A DNA stretch of 64,000 bases, taken from sequence record MW248466.1. The stretch is one strand, 5' to 3'. Below are positions 54,747 through 64,000 of this stretch, one piece after another. Below the pieces are notes generated by a model. It did not search any database. It saw nothing but the letters and a program-made list of their open reading frames with translations, and was not told the DNA's origin. A program made the translations under genes and the position numbers. Within the stretch, counting starts at the first letter, position 1. Each line of letters opens with the position of its first letter.

Positions 54747-56351
54747 ATGTTAAACCCAAACAGAATTAAAGATGAATTTTCGGTTCGTTTAGAAGATATC
54801 GAAAACTCTATTAATGAATCATATAATCTTAGTACTATCGGTGGAGATTTCGCTGCTATTGCTACTGATGATGCAGTATTTGAAAGCTATAAAGATCAAT
54901 TATTAGAAGGTTTTGACGCTGCTGAAGGAGAAGCTTTAGCTGGAATGTTAGATAATACTCGTGAAGAAATCTTAATGGAATCTTCAATGGGACCTATCCA
55001 ACCTTACGCTTCACTTTCTATGCCTATTTTAGTTAAACTTTGGGCTCGTTTAGCTTTAACTGAAGCTTTACCAACTCAAGTTGCTAACAAACCAAACTTT
55101 ACAGTTCCAATCTTAACTCCATATGTTGTGGATGCAGATGGTAACAAACATGCTTTACCAGAATCAATCAATAACACTCCTGAAACTTTAGTTGGATTAG
55201 TTCAAATTAAAGAAGATATCCCAGTTGAAGGTGGAAAAATTACTGATTACGATTTATTTACTGGATTAAAAGAAGGTAAAGAAGTTCGTAAAGGTATTGA
55301 CCGTTTAGATCGTAAATTCAAAATCGTTGAAGCTAAATGGAGTGATTCATTCGATGAACGTACTTCAGCTGCAGGATTCGTTGAATTAGGTTCTAACGTA
55401 GTTAAATTACAAGACAATGATACATTAGTAGGTCAAATTAAATACCCTACAAATGGCGATGGTGAAGTTGAAACTGATACTGTCTTAGGTAAAGTAGATG
55501 TTTCTTCAGGTGAAATTACTTTGACTTCTGCTTCAGGTAAATTAACTGATGTTAAAGTTAAAGGTTATGTAGCTTCTGAACAACATACTTCAGCTACAAA
55601 CGTTGAACTTGGTTTAACTCGTAAAGATGTTGTTATCGATACAGCTCAACACATCGAAGCTACAGTACCTCTTGAAGTAATTCAAGATATGAAAGCTACT
55701 TATGATATCGATGGAGTTGCTCGTTTATCAGAAACTATGTCTCAATTATCTAGTCAAAAAGTTGACTTAGACATTATTGAATTCTTAGATCACGAATATA
55801 AAGAAACTGATGCTAAATATCACTTCAGCTTCGATGTATTCCCACATAGTGATTACAGTGCCCACCCTAAAGATTGGTTAGAAGGTCTACGTGAAGTAAT
55901 TGACCACACTACTCAATCAATGAAAAACGATTACAAACTATATGACGTTCAATTCGTTATCGTTGGTAACCCATTAGACGTTCGTTTAATCCCTAACGTT
56001 TCTTGGACTTTCAATGGTGGAGACCGTAACGCAGATGCTTATTCTAACGGAATCAAAATTAACTATTCATTAGGTGCTGCTTCAGGTACTGCTAACTACC
56101 GTATTATCGGTTCTGACTTAGTTCGTCAAGGTGAATTGACTATTATTGCAATTCCTCAACAAGACAACTATAAAACATTCATGTTCTACCCTTACACATT
56201 CAATGTTGTAAATGGTGGAGGTTACCTAAATACTCGTAACCCTAATGTTCCTAACATGATGATGACTCGTAGATATACAGTTGAATCATTCGTTCCGATC
56301 ATTGGACGCATTACAATCAAAAACAACAACGGTTCAGTATACGCTCGTTAA
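54747..56351 (+). CDS. Major capsid protein precursor
   Basis: 534 aa, strongly biased codon usage, strong RBS, own terminator; ILME|SSMGPIQPYASLSMPILVK resembles T4 gp23-like capsid N-termini. Confidence 0.8.
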   Translation: MLNPNRIKDEFSVRLEDIENSINESYNLSTIGGDFAAIATDDAVFESYKDQLLEGFDAAEGEALAGMLDNTREEILMESSMGPIQPYASLSMPILVKLWARLALTEALPTQVANKPNFTVPILTPYVVDADGNKHALPESINNTPETLVGLVQIKEDIPVEGGKITDYDLFTGLKEGKEVRKGIDRLDRKFKIVEAKWSDSFDERTSAAGFVELGSNVVKLQDNDTLVGQIKYPTNGDGEVETDTVLGKVDVSSGEITLTSASGKLTDVKVKGYVASEQHTSATNVELGLTRKDVVIDTAQHIEATVPLEVIQDMKATYDIDGVARLSETMSQLSSQKVDLDIIEFLDHEYKETDAKYHFSFDVFPHSDYSAHPKDWLEGLREVIDHTTQSMKNDYKLYDVQFVIVGNPLDVRLIPNVSWTFNGGDRNADAYSNGIKINYSLGAASGTANYRIIGSDLVRQGELTIIAIPQQDNYKTFMFYPYTFNVVNGGGYLNTRNPNVPNMMMTRRYTVESFVPIIGRITIKNNNGSVYAR

Positions 56352-56381
56352 GAGTAGTACTTTATTCTTGTTATTTATATT

Positions 56382-56410
56382 ACCCATACATCTCTCTGAG
56401 GTGTATGGGT
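56382..56410 (+). terminator. Terminator after the capsid gene
   Basis: acccatacatctc/gaggtgtatgggt followed by T-rich sequence. Confidence 0.75.
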
Positions 56411-56447
56411 TTATTTTATATCAGAAAAGGAGAATAAATATTTCATT

Positions 56448-57602
56448 ATGAATTTACAAGAAGAACAGCAATTAAATAAAATTAATAAAATAATGAATAT
56501 CAATGAAGATGCTTTTAATTTTAGTAAAAATACTTCATTATTAAGAGAAATAGATGAAGAATTTAAAACCTTATTAGATAGCTATAATTTTGATAAATCT
56601 GATTTTGATTTAATTGATAAATCTGAAATAAATAAAATAGCTACTAATATTTCTAAAATCACTAAAAAGCTATTTAATACTAATATGAAATTAAAATTCA
56701 TTGAAGCCGATCCTAAAGGAAAAGATAAATTTAGAGTAGACTCAGTTGCTTCTACAATGATATATCCAGAACAAATTAGGAATACAGTAGATGGAATTTC
56801 TAAGATAGTTATAGAGGAAAAGAATGGTATATATTATTCTAAACCTAGAGAAATTGAAGTATTTATGGAGTTATCATCTATCAGATACTTTTTAGAAATG
56901 AAAAAGAATTCTAAGAAAGTAGCTTTTTCTAATTTTAATGAAAGAGTTTGTACTTCAGTACTACTACATGAAATAGGTCATAATCTATTTTTACCTATTG
57001 AAATTAAAGTAATAACTCAAGGTAAAGAACCTGCTTTTGAGCTTAAGTATAAAGACAATAAACCGGTACAATTTCAATACACTAAGGATATAGAAGCTGA
57101 TACTGATAGAAATTTAAAATTGGCTGGTCCTATGATAATTTCTATGACAATAATGGTTGCTATTTTAACTTCATTAACAGGTGTAGCTTCTATAACTGGA
57201 ATTACTTCTATCTTTTCTTTCTTTAAATTAGGATCAATGGATAATAAAAGAGTAAAAAAAATGAATTATAATTTATCTGAAAGATCTGCCAATCAATTAC
57301 CTGCATTATATGGATATGCAAAAGAGAATATAGTGCTTTATGATATAGTTTATGCCGCAACTAATAGTAAAATGGAAAAAACTAAAAATAATATTTTCAG
57401 TAAAATATTTAGAGGATTAATGTATCCTAGTAGATTATTTATTAGAAATTATAAAGACTATACATCGGATTCTATTGACAATACTATTAAGACTCTTAAA
57501 TTTGAAATAAATAATCCTAATAATAGTAAAGAAGTTAAAGAAGGTTTAAAACAACAACTTTCTGATATTCAAACTTTAATGAAGAAATCAGATAACATGT
57601 AG
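56448..57602 (+). CDS. HExxH-containing head-module protein with a hydrophobic segment
   Basis: VLLHEIGH, downstream SERSANQLP, TM-like MIISMTIMVAILTSLTGV. Confidence 0.6.
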   Translation: MNLQEEQQLNKINKIMNINEDAFNFSKNTSLLREIDEEFKTLLDSYNFDKSDFDLIDKSEINKIATNISKITKKLFNTNMKLKFIEADPKGKDKFRVDSVASTMIYPEQIRNTVDGISKIVIEEKNGIYYSKPREIEVFMELSSIRYFLEMKKNSKKVAFSNFNERVCTSVLLHEIGHNLFLPIEIKVITQGKEPAFELKYKDNKPVQFQYTKDIEADTDRNLKLAGPMIISMTIMVAILTSLTGVASITGITSIFSFFKLGSMDNKRVKKMNYNLSERSANQLPALYGYAKENIVLYDIVYAATNSKMEKTKNNIFSKIFRGLMYPSRLFIRNYKDYTSDSIDNTIKTLKFEINNPNNSKEVKEGLKQQLSDIQTLMKKSDNM

Positions 57603-57626
57603 ATAAGAAAAGAGAGTTGAATAAAT

Positions 57627-60103
57627 ATGATTGCTAAACCAAAGTTAAAGAAAAAAGTGTATTATGATTATAAAACTAATAATATTAGTTTTTTAATAGT
57701 GGCTAGAGACCTTAAAAAGAACAACGTTAGAAATTATGGGATTCCATTAACTCTATACGATAAAAATCTTATAGGTGTAGATCCTTGGGATCCTGAAATT
57801 TCTGATGAAATGAAAACTCGTGTATTAAGAGAAGCTAAAATTAATATATGGTTTTATCTAAGGGAAGTTATAAGAGTTCCAGTTCCTGGTGGTAAAGTTA
57901 TGTATGAACTTCATAGAGGTAATATGGCTATGACGTTTTGTATGTTACACAATTTAGATACAGCGATAATGCTTCCACGTCAGCACTATAAAACATATTC
58001 AGCTGTATGTTATTATTCATGGATAATGTTATTAGTAGGTAGTAACTATACAATGCTATTTACTCATAAATCTTATTCAGATACTACTGAGAACTTAAAA
58101 CGTCTTAAAAATTTATTTAAAGAGAAATGTTTACCTGAATATGTATTAGCTAATTTTGGAGATAAAAATGATAGAGATAAGATTAATGAATTTCAATTAG
58201 CTAGTAATAACAATACTATTAAAACTGTTTCACCTCCGACTAACGGTGAGTCAGCTAACAAAGCAGGTTAATATCATGGCTTGCTATAAATCTTTTTAAT
58301 TGCTGGGACAAATTATTTAATTTAATCAGCATCACGTATGTGTTCAACGACTAAATAAAAGACAATTATAAAATTGAAGATATAGTCTAAAATAGCGTGG
58401 TTCTACTGTAAATAGTTGCAGTAGTAAAAGAATATTAATTGCTGGAAGAGATTATCATCTTAATCAGCATCACTAATTATAGTGTTCAACGACTAAATAT
58501 ATTCACTTATTTATATGAGTATGATATAGTCTGATCTATATTTAAACAAATATAGTTAACTTAATGACCTATGGTTTGGCTAGATGAGTGGGCTTTTATA
58601 CCTCACAACCAAACAATGTTTGAAGCAATGAGGCCTGAAATTAATGCGGGCTTATTTATTTAATTGCTGGAAAGTCTTTATTAAGATAATCAGCATCATT
58701 AAAATTAATGTTCAACGACTAAATAATAAATAGTATTAATATAATACTAAGATATAGTCTATTCTATATGGAATCCATGTAGTTAATATTAAAAGGCAGT
58801 CTCTACAGCATCAGCTATAGCTAAAAAGAATGGTACACCTTATGGCCTTCTTATCACCACAACACCGAGTACATTGGACGTACCTCAAGGACAGTTCTTC
58901 TTTGAACAAATGAATGATGCAGCTCAATGGACAGAAAAAATATATGATTATTACATTAATTCTGAAGAAGAAGGTAATGAAAAATTAGAAGAATACATGG
59001 AAAGTAATTCAGGTAATTCATTCATCTATATAGAATATTCATATAAAGAATTAGGTAAAGATGATGCTTGGTTAGAAAAACAAAAACGTCAAATTGGTTC
59101 TTTAGAAGCAGTTAAACGTGAAATTCTTCTTGAATGGGCATTTAGTAATGATGATTCATTATTTGATGAAGAACAAATGACGGAGTTATCATTATATGCA
59201 AATAAAGAGATATATAACACTATTGATTTTAAAATAAACAACAAAACGTATTACGTCCATATGGTTAAAAAGATGGAGAATATGCATGAAAAGAATTGGT
59301 TAGTTGGTATTGATATATCTGGTGGTCTTGGTCGAGATAATACTGCATTTACTGTAGTTGATCCGGGTACATTAGAACCAGTAATGGTTTTCCAAAATAA
59401 TATAATTAACGGACCTACTTTTAGAAAATTAATTAAAGAACTTATTACACTTTATATACCTAATGCAGTATTAATACCTGAACGTAACTATGCTGGTACA
59501 GTGATGATAGAAGATATGATTCAAACTGATGGTATTGGAGATAATATTTTTTATTCATTAAAGAATAGAACAGCAGAAAAACAAGTTGAAGTGAATAAGC
59601 AAGTATTTAATGAAATTCCTAGACATAGTACTAATAAAGTTACTAAACAAGTAAGAAGATATGGCATTGATACAACTAAAAAATCTCGTGATCTAATGCT
59701 TAATGAAATTTTATCAATGATCGTTGAAGAAAAGCCTTATCTAGTTAATAATAAACTATTATTCCAACAAATAAAATCTCTTCAAATGAAAAAAGGTAGA
59801 ATTGATCACCCTGATGGAGGACATGATGACTTACTCATGAGTTATTTATTCTGTTTATATGCATACTATTACGAAAAAGATATTAAAAAATTTGTTAAAG
59901 TTAAATACGGTTCAATGGTATCTGCAAGTGGAGAAAATGCAGAGGAAATTGAAAAAGAAAGACAAGCTAGAAGTAAAGATATTGCATCTATAAAACGTAT
60001 TGGAGGAATTATTGATGGTAATTCACCTACCAATCCTCTATTACAGAATAATAATTCATCCCCAGATCAAAAATCAAAAAGAATAATGAACTTATTAGAT
60101 TGA
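57627..60103 (+). CDS. terL: Terminase large subunit, spliced: join(57627-58268, 58396-58409, 58567-58636, 58796-60103), 677 aa
   Basis: Walker A-like PRQHYKT; splicing yields KAG|RGSTV|PMVWLDEWAF...RP|AVSTAS...LLITTTP; nuclease motifs VGIDISGG, ERN and DDLLMS; joined length 2034 nt is in frame. Confidence 0.92.
58269..58395 (+). ncRNA. Minimal group I intron 1 (127 nt)
   Basis: P1 with U58268.G58279, P10 ATCATG/CGTGGT in register, P/Q/R/S elements, P3 and P8 stems, terminal G; no P9. Confidence 0.88.
58410..58566 (+). ncRNA. Minimal group I intron 2 (157 nt)
   Basis: P1 CTACTGU/GCAGTAG, TTGCTGGAA, AATCAGCA, GTTCAACGACTA, TGATATAGTCT, P9 hairpin, terminal G. Confidence 0.88.
58637..58795 (+). 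ncRNA. Minimal group I intron 3 (159 nt)
   Basis: P1 AGGCCU/GGGCTT, P10 TGC/GCA, P/Q/R/S elements, P9 hairpin, terminal G. Confidence 0.88.
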
Positions 60104-60110
60104 TTGTACT

Positions 60111-60144
60111 AAAGGTAATGACATAATAATTTGTCATTACCTTT
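60111..60144 (+). terminator. Terminator after terL
   Basis: aaaggtaatgaca/tgtcattaccttt plus T tract. Confidence 0.75.
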
Positions 60145-60281
60145 TTATTATCACAAATTTTTATTATTCCATCTTAACTAATTTGTATAATAGAATTTCA
60201 ATAATAATTTTAAATTAGAATTTTTTCTAAATTTAATAGAATAATATAATATATAATAATAAAACGGATGGTGAAAATAAA

Positions 60282-61073
60282 TTGGCAAAAACATATTTAA
60301 TTGACGATAAAGATGATTTAGAAATGGTAAAAGAAGAATATGATGAAGTCATTATGAATATTTCTGAAGATATTATGATTGATAATATTAAAGAACAAAT
60401 TGAAGAATCAAATAGCAGACAGTTTTATATTAATCAATATCATAAAGATTTCTTTGAATATTTTGAAATTAGATTTAAATTTATTTTAGAAAGATATAAA
60501 GAAGATAATGATATCTTAATTAAAACTAAACAAGTTTATCACGATATTCTTAATGAAATTCAAGAATCTATTGAAACTACGTATCAGTTTTCTTTAGAAT
60601 TCCCAGAAGATATTTTAATTGAAGATAAAGCTCAATACATTAAATCTTTGTATAATTTCTTCGTATTAAATAAAAAAGAAACTTTAAATAATTTATTTAT
60701 TAACTATATTGAAAAGAATATAATGCAGTTAGCTAAAACTTATAAAGATAGTATGGATGATGATGTTATTAATTCTCTTTCATATAATAACTTAAAGAAA
60801 ACTATTGATAACGATTATACACCTTTAGTGTATTCTATTCCTGAAATTATTGATAGTATTCATATTTCTGATAATGAAGATGTGATAGAGACTATTATTT
60901 ATGATGAAGAATCTGAATTAAATAACTATCAAATTGATAAAATGTTAGTAGAGCAATCTATAACAGATGTTAGATTTGATAACCATTTAATTAATGTATT
61001 TAGAGATTCTTTTGTAGAAAATAATGTACTACACCGAGAAGTTCAATACTATTTTATAGATAAGTATAAATAA
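60282..61073 (+). CDS. Hypothetical acidic protein
   Basis: ORF track. Confidence 0.7.
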   Translation: MAKTYLIDDKDDLEMVKEEYDEVIMNISEDIMIDNIKEQIEESNSRQFYINQYHKDFFEYFEIRFKFILERYKEDNDILIKTKQVYHDILNEIQESIETTYQFSLEFPEDILIEDKAQYIKSLYNFFVLNKKETLNNLFINYIEKNIMQLAKTYKDSMDDDVINSLSYNNLKKTIDNDYTPLVYSIPEIIDSIHISDNEDVIETIIYDEESELNNYQIDKMLVEQSITDVRFDNHLINVFRDSFVENNVLHREVQYYFIDKYK

Positions 61074-61097
61074 TAACATATAAGGAGAAAAGCTAAA

Positions 61098-61844
61098 ATG
61101 ACTGAAGATAAGAGCAAAGAATTAGATTTAGAAAAATTAGAACAAGATATAGAACAAGCTAATGATGAATTCAAAAAAGAAAATGAAAAGATCGAGAAAG
61201 AATTAGAAGAAACTAGAGAAGGAATTAATAAAGAAATAGCTTCTTATTACGGTAAAGATAGTATTAATCTTAATAACACTATTTCAGTGGATGCTAAGGT
61301 CGATAGATATCAAGAAAAATTAGACTTTATTAATGGAGATTTAAGTTTTGATAATGAAGATGATATTCCTGAGAGACTTAGACCTCTTAAAAATATGGAA
61401 ATAAAAGATACTAAACAGATCGAAAATATTATTCAACAAATTAAAGACAGTAAAGAAGCTAAACATCTTGTAGAAAATATTACTATTAGTAAATTACCTG
61501 TTAATGAAAATAAACTTAAAAAAGTAAATGAAAAATTAAATATGAAAATTTATAGATATAATAAGTTACGTGGAAATGAAAATAATGAATATAATTACAT
61601 TGATCTAGAAGAAATTTACTATAATTTAAAAAATGCATTAGATAACGATAGTTTTAAAGAATCAAATATATTATACAAATTTATGTGTTCATTAGGTTCA
61701 TACATGTCGCAAAATTATGAAAAATATCCTTACTATATAAAATCTCTTTCTGAAAATGTTGACTACATTGGAAAATTCGGTAATAAACTAGATCAGAACG
61801 AAGACTTTATCAAAGTAATAAATAGTATTCTTAAGAAATACTAA
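61098..61844 (+). CDS. Hypothetical protein
   Basis: AAGGAG RBS. Confidence 0.75.
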   Translation: MTEDKSKELDLEKLEQDIEQANDEFKKENEKIEKELEETREGINKEIASYYGKDSINLNNTISVDAKVDRYQEKLDFINGDLSFDNEDDIPERLRPLKNMEIKDTKQIENIIQQIKDSKEAKHLVENITISKLPVNENKLKKVNEKLNMKIYRYNKLRGNENNEYNYIDLEEIYYNLKNALDNDSFKESNILYKFMCSLGSYMSQNYEKYPYYIKSLSENVDYIGKFGNKLDQNEDFIKVINSILKKY

Positions 61845-61885
61845 AATATATTATTAAAAATTATAAGAAAGAGGTTTGATTAAAG

Positions 61886-62125
61886 ATGGAACAAATTAAA
61901 TTTTATACTAAGAATAACTGTGCTAAATGTGGTTTCAGTAAAATGTTTTTAAATAATAAAGGTGTTGCTTACACTGAAATTAATATTGATGAAGATGAAA
62001 GTGCTAAAGAAGAACTTTTATCTAAAGGATACCAATCATTACCTGTAATTGATTTTGGAACAGATGTAATTGTTGGTAATGATCCTGCTAAATTAACTCA
62101 AATTTTATCTACAGTTACTGCTTAA
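61886..62125 (+). CDS. nrdH: Glutaredoxin-like NrdH redoxin
   Basis: FYTKNNCAKC CxxC, GYQSLPV; upstream of nrdI and nrdE. Confidence 0.85.
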   Translation: MEQIKFYTKNNCAKCGFSKMFLNNKGVAYTEINIDEDESAKEELLSKGYQSLPVIDFGTDVIVGNDPAKLTQILSTVTA

Positions 62126-62150
62126 TTAAATAATAAAGGAGATTATAATT

Positions 62151-62351
62151 ATGCAAACTATTTTTAATAGTCCTGAAGAAGTAGATTTTAAAAAATTAGC
62201 TGAGATGGCTAGAAACAATGATAATGTATTAAATACAAAAGCTGTTCATGAAGGAGAATACAATTACAATTTCAGTATTGAAGGTTGGAATTACTCATTC
62301 AGTTCAGATGGAACTTATTGGAAATGGAATTATCAACAAGTTAATCAATAA
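62151..62351 (+). CDS. Hypothetical protein
   Basis: AAGGAG RBS. Confidence 0.7.
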   Translation: MQTIFNSPEEVDFKKLAEMARNNDNVLNTKAVHEGEYNYNFSIEGWNYSFSSDGTYWKWNYQQVNQ

Positions 62352-62369
62352 TAATGATTAATAAAAAAC

Positions 62370-62400
62370 GATCTATCACAGAGATAATCTGTGATGGATC
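62370..62400 (+). terminator. Terminator hairpin
   Basis: gatctatcacaga/tctgtgatggatc plus T tract. Confidence 0.65.
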
Positions 62401-62438
62401 TATTTTTAACGAAAAATTTTATATTTGGAGAGATTTAA

Positions 62439-62843
62439 ATGAAATTACTTTATTTCTCATTAACAGGAAATAGTAAAAAATTTGCTGAGAAATTAGATAG
62501 CTCTATAGTAGGAGAACCTATTGAACTTAATAGAGATAATTGCGATGATATTAAAATGAATGAAGAGTATGTATTAGTATGTGGTTCTTACAATACTCCT
62601 CACGCTATTTACAATCATGTAGAAAAATTTTTTAATAATGGTAATAATTTAGAATTATGTAAAGGTATAATTGGCTCAGGAAATAGAAACCTAAATTATC
62701 AATTCTTAACTACACCTAAAAGATTATGTAGTGATTTTAATTTAGAATTGATTGCAGGAGTAGAGTTGTTTGGAATTAAAGATGAACATTTAGAAGTGAA
62801 TAAAAAATTAAAAGAGTTATCTAACTCTAGTATTATAAATTAA
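62439..62843 (+). CDS. nrdI: Flavodoxin-like NrdI
   Basis: YFSLTGNSKKF, GIIGSGNRN, ELFG. Confidence 0.9.
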   Translation: MKLLYFSLTGNSKKFAEKLDSSIVGEPIELNRDNCDDIKMNEEYVLVCGSYNTPHAIYNHVEKFFNNGNNLELCKGIIGSGNRNLNYQFLTTPKRLCSDFNLELIAGVELFGIKDEHLEVNKKLKELSNSSIIN

Positions 62844-62869
62844 TATATCATAAGGAGACTTTTAATAAA

Positions 62870-64000
62870 ATGCCAAAAGAAATAGACTTAAATTCAGAAA
62901 AATTTAAAGATTATTCATATAATGAATTAAACTCAAGAGGTTCACAATTAAAAGATGGTAATTTAGATTTAGAATTTGAATTAGCTTCAACTAACAAATA
63001 CTTTTTAGATAAAGTAAACAAAAATGTAAGATACTTCAAAACATATAAAGAAAAAATTAATTATTTAGTTGATAATGATTATATTGATGGAGATATGATC
63101 AATAATTATGATTTTGAATTTATTAAAGGATTAATGAAAGAATTAATGGCTTATAAACATAGATTCACTCGTTTATTAGGAGCTAAAAAATTCTATGAGC
63201 AATATGCAATGAAAGATGATGCAGGAGAAATCTTATTAGAACTATATGAAGATAGAATTTTATTTGTAGCTTTATATTTAGCTGATGGTGATGAAGAATT
63301 AGCTAGAAATATTGCTAATGAAATTATTACAGGTACATTCCAACCTGCTACGCCAACATTCCTTAATGCAGGTAGAGTACGTTCTGGGGAATTAGTAAGT
63401 TGTTTCTTATTAACTATGGAAGATTCTTTATCATCTATTTATAGAAATATCTCTAATGTAGCTCAATTGAGTAAACGTGGTGGAGGAATTGGAGTATCTT
63501 TAAGTAATCTACGTGCTGACAATGATCCAATTAAAGGTGTTGAAGGAGCAGCTTCAGGAGTAGTTCCAGTTATGAAAGTATTTGAAGACACATTATCATA
63601 TGTAAATCAATTGGGTCAACGTAATGGTGCAGGTGCACTTTACTTAAACATTTTCCATAAAGATGTAGTAAAATTCTTAGATACTAAGAAAGAAAATGCT
63701 GATGAGAAAGTAAGATTAAAAACTATTTCATTAGGTTTAACAGTTCCAGATAAATATTATCAATTAGTTAAAGAAAATAAATCATTATATACATTTAGTC
63801 CATATGATATTAAAAAATATTACGATTTAGATTTCGATAGTATTGACTTTAATACTTACTATGATATCTTTGTAGATGATAAACGTATCGGTAAAGAGAA
63901 AATGTATGCTCGTGATTTAGAAACTACTATTAGTAAATTACAACAAGAATCTGGTTATCCTTATATCATTAATATTGATACTGCTAATAGAGCTAATCCA
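62870..64000 (+). CDS. nrdE: Class Ib ribonucleotide reductase alpha subunit (truncated by the window end)
   Basis: Own translation: FQPATPTFLNAGR, ELVSCFLL, SKRGGGIG, QLGQRNGAG, KKENADEKVRLKT. Confidence 0.95.
   Translation, partial: MPKEIDLNSEKFKDYSYNELNSRGSQLKDGNLDLEFELASTNKYFLDKVNKNVRYFKTYKEKINYLVDNDYIDGDMINNYDFEFIKGLMKELMAYKHRFTRLLGAKKFYEQYAMKDDAGEILLELYEDRILFVALYLADGDEELARNIANEIITGTFQPATPTFLNAGRVRSGELVSCFLLTMEDSLSSIYRNISNVAQLSKRGGGIGVSLSNLRADNDPIKGVEGAASGVVPVMKVFEDTLSYVNQLGQRNGAGALYLNIFHKDVVKFLDTKKENADEKVRLKTISLGLTVPDKYYQLVKENKSLYTFSPYDIKKYYDLDFDSIDFNTYYDIFVDDKRIGKEKMYARDLETTISKLQQESGYPYIINIDTANRANP

Noticed and set aside
57627-60103. terL as a pseudogene, sequencing frameshift or intein-containing gene
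   Set aside because: The gap has stops in frame and three complete group I cores; predicted splicing restores the frame and conserved motifs exactly.
61886-64000. nrdH-nrdI-nrdE as a novelty
   Set aside because: A standard class Ib cluster common in large Firmicute phages; no intron or intein seen in the visible part.
1-64000. tRNA, rRNA, CRISPR array, reverse transcriptase/retron, DGR, integrase, transposase
   Set aside because: No supporting motifs recognised by eye; this is not a substitute for tRNAscan, Infernal or HMM searches.

Overview
This is a 64-kb segment of a very AT-rich jumbo bacteriophage of the AR9/PBS1-like group with a split multisubunit RNA polymerase. The host is inferred to be Staphylococcus or a related Firmicute. 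Layout: (1) 1-4.8 kb, RNAP beta-like and catalytic beta'-like subunits, an HTH protein and a DnaG-type primase. (2) 4.8-24.4 kb, a + strand early/accessory region of small, often duplicated genes with a recurring phage promoter motif. (3) 25-44 kb, a - strand tail/lysis block with two large tail proteins carrying repeated carbohydrate-binding-like modules, a holin and RusA. (4) 44-50 kb, baseplate-like and peptidoglycan-related genes. (5) 50-60 kb, the head module: neck protein, prohead protease split by a LAGLIDADG-containing group I intron, internal head proteins, major capsid protein and large terminase. (6) 62-64 kb, class Ib nrdH-nrdI-nrdE. Main discoveries: three core-only group I introns of 127, 157 and 159 nt in the terminase gene, two of them separated by a 14-nt micro-exon, whose removal restores a 677-aa frame; seven otherwise dissimilar early proteins sharing a ~17-aa C-terminal tag; and a 13-mer (TTTTCTATGATCC) repeated six times in 4.3 kb, three times behind a hairpin able to form a pseudoknot. 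No CRISPR array, tRNA or reverse transcriptase was recognised. All family assignments are by-eye motif recognition; no searches were run.
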